DNA of 32,000 nt from Candidatus Saccharimonadota bacterium (lineage in GTDB: Bacteria > Bacteroidota > Bacteroidia > Cytophagales > Amoebophilaceae): assembly GCF_003351905.1 (NCBI RefSeq), contig NZ_CP022339.1:300001-332000 (forward strand), in the 5' to 3' direction. Positions 9,115 through 15,933 of this stretch are shown here, in pieces; the stretch's first letter is position 1; each line of letters opens with the position of its first letter. The position numbers were made by a program, and so were the translations under genes. The notes under the pieces were generated by a model that searched no databases, had not been told where the DNA came from, and was given only the letters and a program-made list of their open reading frames with translations.

Positions 9115-9945
9115 GGAATCTATTACCTCTTTCGGATTGTGTGAAGTAAGAATTTTTACGATATACCACGTAATGCCTAATTTGTCTCTCAGCCAAGTTA
9201 TTGGTCAATGGAACATTGACTGGATCTTGGTAAAATCTCCATAGCATAGGCTCTGCCCGCATTATATTTTTAGCCACACGACTAGCTTGTGCAGCACGTG
9301 GTATCCTGGAAATAGCTTTTAAGCCATACCAGGTCCGTTTACGCAATTTTCTAATGCGTCTTAAAAACGTAACCAACCCCATAGATTGATTCAAGAAAGA
9401 TCGATGCAAGGCAAATAGCTCGCTAGCTATTTGCTTTAAGTAAAAGCCTAATGCTTTAACATCACTGTGCCAACTATGAGCAAACCTTTCAAAATCTCTA
9501 GCTATATGTGACCAACATAATTGTCGATTAGTGCTGGGAAAATAATTATAAACTGCATATCGGTCAGTGACAACAATGTGGTCTCTAGGATTTAAGCCAC
9601 TACTTTCTAAAACTTTGCGACTTCTTGAATGGGTTAACTTAAGTAGACTAGCCATAGGGTTGGTCATCATCCAGGCCCAATTTCGTTTATCGCTATTAAA
9701 GTGGGAGGTCTCATCTATGTGTACCAATTTACTTTCTCTGATCGTTGCTTCTATAGCTTGGTAAGCTTCTTGGCACTTTGCAGCTACTCTAGCTTGGCTG
9801 TTAGATACACTACCTAAACTGATATCTACGTTAAAAATATCTTTTAATATATAAGCTACTTCCCTTTTAGAGTTTTTATAAAAGGCTGTTAAGGAACTAA
9901 TTACCGATTTGATTTTAGGGCCAAAAGTATCTCTTGTAACCCCTT
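9115..9945 (-). pseudogene. IS66-family transposase fragment (5' exon of the intron-interrupted copy; N-terminus replaced by IS3 sequence)
   Basis: Part of ORF 9083..10036. Runs from GVTRDTFGPKIK through the DDE core to LAERQIRHYVVYRKNSYFTQSERGNRF. The last 11 codons of that ORF (RVSRETSMYQ*) are read-through into the intron. Confidence 0.85.
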
Positions 9946-10275
9946 CAAGACTTTTCTTACTTAATAAATCCAAGCTCTTTGGCTTTCCCACCGCCCAATC
10001 TCGCTCAACTGTAGCCTTACCTACAGGCTTTAGCAAAGTTCATCATTTTGATGCTTAAGTGCACTAATTTCGTCTCTATACACACTAACAACCTTTGGTG
10101 GATCAAAGGCTACTGAAGCATTTTCTAAAAACTGACGTTTCCAATTTTGAATGGTTTTACTAGTTACTCCATATTTGGATGATAACTAGACTAACGTTAA
10201 CTCTTCTTTTAGTAAATCTAATACTATTTTAGTCTTTTCTTCCGAGCTAAAATTTCTAAGCTTATTTCTGCCCAT
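9946..10275 (-). pseudogene. IS3-family OrfA (HTH transposase) pseudogene
   Basis: From the ATG at 10275 the frame reads MGRNKLRNFSSEEKTKIVLDLLKEELTLV*LSSKYGVTSKTIQNWKRQFLENAS...ISALKHQNDEL. There is an in-frame TAG at codon 30 (10188-10186) and a frameshift near 10040 before the leucine-zipper tail GKATVERDWAVGKPKSLDL. Confidence 0.7.
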
Positions 10276-10326
10276 CTGATATCTATATTTTAAAACTCTA
10301 AAAATAAAATCTACAGAAAATAAAGT

Positions 10327-10361
10327 AAAAGATTTTTGTCCGATTTTTTCAGTCCATTATA
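10327..10361. repeat. IS3-family terminal inverted repeat (end of the element carrying the OrfA pseudogene)
   Basis: On the minus strand it reads TGAAAAAATCGGACAAAAATC, with the TG... start and TGGACA-like core typical of IS3 IRs. It is near-identical to 31889-31923. Confidence 0.6.
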
Positions 10362-10399
10362 AAACCCTAACCTAACATATTATGGTCTGTATTATTAGC

Positions 10400-12175
10400 C
10401 TACTCATACCCGTCTTCCTGGACATATTTATTCGTTAGCATTACTTTACCAGGATTTTTACCAACCAGATCATAACTGGCATAAGCAGCTAGAACTGATT
10501 TCCCAGAAAAAGCAATACCGACTTCTACTACTTCTTGGACATGCGGATAGTGTAATATTTCAGTATGATAGGCTTGATCTTGTATTTGCGATAAGGCAAG
10601 TTTAGCTGCAGTTTCTAGTTCTTCTTCTTTACGCACATGCTTAAATTCCAATAGGAGCGCTTTGGGGCCATCTTTAGGAATAATTAATACATCATAACGA
10701 CCTAGACCGCTCTCTCTATTGGACCGTACATAATGGGTTCTACCCAAGCTTGCCAACATAGCCAGTACAAAACCATGGTAAAATCCTTCTGATTTTCTAG
10801 AAAATTGTGTGTCAAAACAACTAGCACTTTGGCGTAAAAAAAAGCTTAGTTCTTCCACAAAAAGAGATACTGTTCCAGTTACTAAATGTTCTAAAAAAGA
10901 AGTATAAACTCCTTGGTCAACAAACTTACTGCTCAACCATTCTTTAAAGAACCTATTGTAGAGTCTACGTATTTCATTATTGGGAACCTTAACTATACAA
11001 TCGTATAAATCACTATCTAAACTCAGGTTACTTGTTTCAAAGGTTAAATAGCCAGCAAATAAGAGTAAGCTCCATAAAGCAGTTTCATTCGTACCTAACA
11101 AATCAAAAGCAAGATGCTTATCTACAGGAACCGTTAAAGCTTCTCCTTGCATTAATTGTTCGAATTGTTCTTTAAGACTTTCGTTAGAAGAAAGAATCAA
11201 CTGCTTGATTAAATCATTATTACCCGTATTAACCCAATAGACATCAAAACGACCCGATCTATTGATACAAGAAATAATAGACCATGGATTATACATCACC
11301 AAGTTGCCTACTTTATACCCATTGTACCAATTTTTTACTTCATCCATGGAAGTACTAAGATTCGTTTCTTGAAATAAAGAGGAAACTTCGGCTTCGCTAA
11401 AGCCAAAGTGACTACTATATTCTTCATCTAGCAAAGTATAGGTCTCTAGGTTATTCAACCCAGATAACATACTATCCTTTGAAACCCTTAATATACCGGT
11501 TAATACGCCTCGTTCTAGTGTAGTATTGTCTTTTAAAGCAGCACTAAACAGGTTACGCATAAATACGACCATAGCATCCAAATACGGTTGATTACCATAT
11601 GCCTTATTCAATGGTGTATCGTACTCATCTATAAGGATATACACCTTTTGGCCATGATAATTAAAAAGACAAGTACTGAGCAATTCTAAAGATTTTTCTA
11701 GCTGTCGTTGATTAGCCATCCTATTTAAAATTGCACTAAATTCATATCTTTGATCCGAATTAAGTTTATCACTTTCAAGTAAATACTCGAATAATCCATA
11801 AAGCTTCTTTATTAATAAATAAACGGAATCATATGCCCCTTGAAAACTATCTGCATTTATATCCTTAAAACTGATCATAATGACAGGGTACTTTCCTTGA
11901 TGCTCCTTAATGTATTTACCACCTTCTAGCTTACCAATCGCTAAATCATTAAATAAGCCTGTTGTACTTACCCCATTTACTTCTGAAGCAAAAAAATGGT
12001 GCAACATAGACATATTGAGCGTCTTGCCCCAACGACGAGGACGAGTAATTAGGGTAACTTCATCACCCTTGCTCAGGAAATCAACAAGCATGGATGTCTT
12101 ATCACAAAAGAGGTAATCGTTAGATACCAACTTATGAAAATTACTAACCCCTAGTGGTAATTTAGGTTTGTTCAT
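10400..12175 (-). CDS. AAA-ATPase-like N-terminal domain fused to PD-(D/E)XK nuclease (PDDEXK_9-type) protein
   Basis: 591 aa. The N-terminus is LPLGVSNFHKLVSNDYLFCDKT...ITRPRRWGKTLNMSML (Walker-A-like) with YILIDEYDTP (Walker-B-like). The C-terminus is ESGLGRYDVLIIP...ALLLEFK, a PD-(D/E)XK core. Confidence 0.85.
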   Translation of the reverse strand: MNKPKLPLGVSNFHKLVSNDYLFCDKTSMLVDFLSKGDEVTLITRPRRWGKTLNMSMLHHFFASEVNGVSTTGLFNDLAIGKLEGGKYIKEHQGKYPVIMISFKDINADSFQGAYDSVYLLIKKLYGLFEYLLESDKLNSDQRYEFSAILNRMANQRQLEKSLELLSTCLFNYHGQKVYILIDEYDTPLNKAYGNQPYLDAMVVFMRNLFSAALKDNTTLERGVLTGILRVSKDSMLSGLNNLETYTLLDEEYSSHFGFSEAEVSSLFQETNLSTSMDEVKNWYNGYKVGNLVMYNPWSIISCINRSGRFDVYWVNTGNNDLIKQLILSSNESLKEQFEQLMQGEALTVPVDKHLAFDLLGTNETALWSLLLFAGYLTFETSNLSLDSDLYDCIVKVPNNEIRRLYNRFFKEWLSSKFVDQGVYTSFLEHLVTGTVSLFVEELSFFLRQSASCFDTQFSRKSEGFYHGFVLAMLASLGRTHYVRSNRESGLGRYDVLIIPKDGPKALLLEFKHVRKEEELETAAKLALSQIQDQAYHTEILHYPHVQEVVEVGIAFSGKSVLAAYASYDLVGKNPGKVMLTNKYVQEDGYE

Positions 12176-12357
12176 ATGAGATTAATTGGATTTAGCTTTT
12201 GTATCATATAAATGTACATATAATGTAGAATTTTTCTCTGCAGTTTCCAGCTCATTTCTCCTACCAGTTGCAAATGGTTTAGCTGGTCTAAGTGATACGG
12301 CTCGTTTTCAGTTTCCTGGTTCAGATTTCCTATTTACGCTACTATCTGCTTCCTTAT

Positions 12358-12739
12358 ATGGAAAAACATTTGTTAACCACATCACAAAGAAAACCAACTA
12401 GAACATGTTCACTGAATTTGAGCGAGATAATGACCATTATTATTACGTTTCACATAATTGGTTTTAAAAATTTTAAGACTTATTATCTTCATTTACAACA
12501 GTTCCATGCTAATGAGTTTAGTAAACTAGTAAGTTACAATAGGTTCATAGAATTCATTCTAAGAGCCCTGGTTCCTTTATTTTTTTTCACACAAAATCTG
12601 CCTAAAAAAGAAACAGGCTATTACTTTATGGATTCCACGGCCATCAAGGTTTGTAATATCAAAAGAGCCTATTCTCACAAGGTTTTTAAATCAATTGCTA
12701 CTAAAGGTAAAACCAGCATCGGTTGGTTTTTGGGCTTCA
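12358..12739 (+). pseudogene. IS982-family transposase, N-terminal part interrupted by group II intron 2
   Basis: LSEIMTIIITFH..GFKNFKTYY...VSYNRFIEF...FMDSTAIKVCNIKRAYSHKVFKSIATKGKTSIGWFLGF fits the IS982 pattern up to GWFxGF(KLH). Intron sequence starts at 12740. No downstream exon is present in the window. Confidence 0.75.
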
Positions 12740-13625
12740 GTGTGCCGCAGATGTATGCAGTGGAGTTAGAAATGTAAATAACTTCTTTAAATACAGTACA
12801 GCTATGGAAGAGATGAAGGCAGGCCCTTCAGAGTCTGTTTACAGGAGCTGGCTCTAAATCACCTCAAGCGGCTGTGGTAAAAAGCCATGGTCGTGAGCGT
12901 TGAGGAAAAGATGTTGGCTTTGAATGGCATCAGATGTGAATTAAAGAGACGAACGCAAGTAAACCGTTGAAGACGTGTCGAAAAGAACTCGGATGATATC
13001 AAAACCAGCATTTTGATCCGTTCTGGGAGGAGTCCTCTAGCAACCTGTTTACTGAGAGGATGGTATCCGGCATTTAGATGGCGTGACTTTAATTTTGGCT
13101 TTTCCATGGAACTGCGGGAACCTGTCATATTCATGTTAAGGGAGACTCCCAAGGGCAAACTTGTTTCAAGGGATAGAGTACTGATGGAATATACAGGGAC
13201 GGATCAGCCCGTAGTAGTGAAGAAGTTTCTGTAATGGAAATGGAGCAAAGGGGCTGACTTATTCAACGATATTAATAGATCAACCATTGTACGATGGGAG
13301 GAACCTATGAATAAAGTAAAGTCGTATGAAATATCAAAGCATGTGGTGATGCAAGCCTATCAAAACATAAAGGCTAATGCAGGCGCAGCTGGTGTAGATG
13401 GTAAAACGATTGAAGAATTTGAAAGAAATCTTAAAGGGAATCTTTATAAGATCTGGAATCGGATGTCATCTGGGAGCTACTTTCCCCCACCTGTTAAAGC
13501 GGTACCTATACCAAAGAAACAAGGAGGAGAAAGAATACTAGGCGTTCCTACTGTAATGGATAGAATTGCCCAAGCAGTTGCTAAGATCATGTTAGAACCG
13601 AACTTGGAACCCCCTCTGGGGGTTA
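12740..13625 (+). mobile_element. group II intron 2, 3'-truncated (5' RNA domains plus first ~105 codons of the RT)
   Basis: The 5' end is GTGTGCCGCAG at 12740. A structured, ORF-poor leader of ~570 nt follows, then an RT N-terminus. RT blocks beyond RT2, domain V and the 3' end are all missing. The end coordinate is approximate. Confidence 0.65.
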
Positions 13626-13636
13626 TTAATAGGTAG
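13307..13636 (+). pseudogene. group II intron reverse transcriptase, N-terminal fragment
   Basis: ISKHVVMQAYQNIKANAGAAGVDGKTIEEFE...YFPPPVKAVPIPKKQGGERILGVPTVMDRIAQ covers RT0-RT2. It stops before the FxxxSYGFRP block. Confidence 0.8.
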
Positions 13637-13900
13637 TAACCCATTTTTAGTAGGCAAAGCAATGCTAAAAGGTGAATTTCTATTGAATTTTGTAGGCTTT
13701 TTTAACTTGATGGTATCTTCTTTTATAGAGGGTTTATGCGTATTAGGAAAGAAAAATGGTATACAAGAGATACCTACAAGCATCAAAAAAGCACATGCCT
13801 TATATCCTTGTCTTAAAGGCAAATATTCAAAACAGATAAATCCTAATGCAACAACACCCCAGAGAAACAACAGCCATTTGCCACTGGAAAACTTTTCCAT
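13592..13900 (-). CDS. hypothetical small membrane protein (two hydrophobic helices); 3' end runs into intron-2 sequence
   Basis: Supported only by the ORF and hydrophobic segments (WLLFLWGVVALGFICF, ACAFLMLVGISCIPFFF). No family was recognised. Confidence 0.25.
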   Translation of the reverse strand: MEKFSSGKWLLFLWGVVALGFICFEYLPLRQGYKACAFLMLVGISCIPFFFPNTHKPSIKEDTIKLKKPTKFNRNSPFSIALPTKNGLLPINNPQRGFQVRF

Positions 13901-13932
13901 TCTATTTTTCAGCCCATCCCCAGCAAAGAAGC

Positions 13933-14070
13933 TTATTCAACCTTAATCGTGTTTAGATCCAATAATGATTTACAAGACTCTGATAAATAATGGCTGAGAA
14001 ACTCCTGGGCAGCTATTGGATCGGCAAGGATTCTTTTAACTAGTCCATCATGTTTTAATCTTTCTGTCAT
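13933..14070 (-). pseudogene. Rpn/YhgA-like (Transposase_31, PD-(D/E)XK) N-terminal fragment, 45 codons
   Basis: MTERLKHDGLVKRILADPIAAQEFLSHYLSESCKSLLDLNTIKVE* matches the conserved Rpn N-terminus (HDxxFKxxFxDPxxAxxFLxxxLP...LDLxTL). It then stops. Confidence 0.5.
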
Positions 14071-14355
14071 AAAGATAGCTTACGAAGAAGCATTAAATAG
14101 TTGAAGATGATAAGCTACGAAATAAATAAGGAAGTCCTATTTCTGAATAAAATACTAAGTTAGTTATCCATCGGATATAAAGCTGGCTGCTTTTTTTTGA
14201 TAAGGTATACAAAAGGATATCCTTTAGAGGAACAGCTACCCTATAAGAAGAGCCTATACCCAGGAGTTCTATATTAACTATTATTTTTCTTATGTCCAGT
14301 GCAATGGTCCAGAAGTGTTCTTTGGTAAGATTTATTTCCTTAAACCAATAGAAAA

Positions 14356-14523
14356 ATGAATAAATTTAAACAATATGGTGTGGTCTGTTTATGCTTGTTA
14401 ATTCCTATAACCTCTTGGGCAAGTATAGGATCTTCTATAAAATCAGGTTTAAATAAAATGCTTCCTAACTCAGTTAAAAAGTGGATTCCTGGTCTAGCTC
14501 CAGAAGAAAAAATGGTTCATTGA
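14356..14523 (+). pseudogene. signal-peptide-bearing 5' piece of the ankyrin-repeat gene (separated from it by a homopolymer frameshift)
   Basis: MNKFKQYGVVCLCLLIPITSWASIGSS... ends 4 codons after an A6 run (14507-14512). The +1 frame is open from 14498 and reads ...WFIDNHRASLEILDKEGFTPLHWAAL into ORF 14618..15094. Confidence 0.65.
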
Positions 14524-14617
14524 TAACCACAGAGCATCATTAGAGATATTAGATAAAGAGGGCTTTACCCCTTTACATTGGGCAGCGTTAAAACTTAACG
14601 TAGAAGATAAGGGTGAG

Positions 14618-15094
14618 ATGCAGCTTTTTCACCGGTTAATTAATGCAATAGGTGATGTCAACGTAACAGATAAATCGGAACGTATCGCTCTTTATCTTGC
14701 ATCAGAAGAAAATCTCCCATTAGTAGTCAAGGTCTTGATTGAAGATGGAAGGGCTGATCCAAATAAACAAACTAATTATGGAACTGCTCCTCTTCATGTT
14801 GCATCGAAGCTAGGTTATTCAGCAGTAGTTGAATTATTACTGAGTGCTGAAAATATTGATGTCAATATAAAAAATAAATATGGCTCTACCCCCCTTCATC
14901 TAGCATCTAAATATGGGCACGAAGAGGTAGTCCAACTTTTAATTAAGAATCTAAGGACTAAGGTAGATGAAAAAGACAAAAGTGGAAAGACCGCTCTTGA
15001 CTTAGCCAGCAACCTAGAAGTAGTAAAAATCTTAAAGCGAGCCAATAGAAAACGAAAACTTTACAAAATTGAAGCCCCTAGAGCTAGGCTTTAA
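14618..15094 (+). CDS. ankyrin-repeat protein (ORF-track portion; the ANK frame is open from 14498)
   Basis: Repeated ANK consensus (GTAPLHVASKLGYSAVVELLL, GSTPLHLASKYGHEEVVQLLI, GKTALDLAS). A further GFTPLHWAAL repeat lies upstream of the annotated Met. Confidence 0.88.
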   Translation: MQLFHRLINAIGDVNVTDKSERIALYLASEENLPLVVKVLIEDGRADPNKQTNYGTAPLHVASKLGYSAVVELLLSAENIDVNIKNKYGSTPLHLASKYGHEEVVQLLIKNLRTKVDEKDKSGKTALDLASNLEVVKILKRANRKRKLYKIEAPRARL

Positions 15095-15283
15095 AATATA
15101 CTTTTCTTTCTACTTTTTTGATTTTTTAGAAATTTTTACCTATACTTGCACAATCCAGTCTGGGAACATTATCCAGACTTATACTAGCTTAGCATAAAGG
15201 GCTATGCAAAGCATAATCAGCTGCCACTTTTTAATATTTCATGATCTATAGCAAGTGGCTAATGTATCTTGATTTGTTTCCGT

Positions 15284-15430
15284 TCACGCCTGTGGCAGGA
15301 ATTTGATTTCGGTTTTGGAGTGTGTTTTTTCCTGGATTATTTTTTTGAGTTCTTTGAAAGGATTTAGGTTTTGCTGTTTTGCAGTTAGGTACAAAGAGAT
15401 AACTCGTTCTAACATACTGAAGGCATTCAA
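15284..15430 (-). pseudogene. IS66-family transposase C-terminal remnant (48 codons)
   Basis: The minus frame reads LNAFSMLERVISLYLTAKQQNLNPFKELKKIIQEKTHSKTEIKFLPQA*. It is homologous to the spliced tail RFLEKIISLYLTWKQQKLNPYKQL at 7088-7170. Nucleotide similarity covers 15358-15407 vs 7115-7163. Confidence 0.55.
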
Positions 15431-15447
15431 TTAAATTAAATTACCCA

Positions 15448-15933
15448 ATGTACCATCACTTAAATTTAGTAAGAAATAGATTTTATAACAAGGATTTATA
15501 CTCTTTTTTGTACTGTCTATTTTTGGCATGCTTTATATACGGTTGTAATAGCATAGTCAAGTCTAATTACGCAGAAGGAACACCTAACTCGCCCTATTCT
15601 GAGCGATCTTTTAATGATTCAAACCACACTACAACATTAGAATATAAAAATCCTAATCTTCATACTGCAATCGTAGAGCAGAATGTTAGTGCTATAAAAA
15701 AGTGTTTTCTTGCCCCTGATAGCATACCTGAATTGGAACCTTCCATTTTGTATACAAATCTAATTTCAATGTTAGAAATGTTAGAAACGCAAGATAACAA
15801 CGGAAATACTCCGTTTCATCTTTTATCTGTACCCAATAAAGGGTATAAAAAACTTTTTAAATGGATCATAAAATACCTAAAATACTTAGATTCTTATGTT
15901 GTATCTAAAAATAAAAAAGATATAAAGGATGGC
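15448..15933 (+). CDS. putative lipoprotein with one ANK-like motif; 3' end runs into group II intron 3
   Basis: Signal/lipobox-like LFLACFIYGCNS and the motif DNNGNTPFHLLS. The ORF-track tail VPRRPPF* is intron sequence. Confidence 0.45.

Noticed and set aside
12186-12401. ORF 12186..12401(+) and the N-terminal extension of ORF 12292..12777
   Set aside because: The conserved IS982 transposase sequence only starts near MEKHLL (12358). The upstream part is probably IS terminal or leader sequence. The last ~12 codons of the ORF (SVPQMYAVELEM) are intron read-through.
12859-13234. ORFs 12859..13158(-) and 13013..13234(+)
   Set aside because: They fall in the domain I-III RNA of the truncated group II intron 2, and no protein family was recognised.
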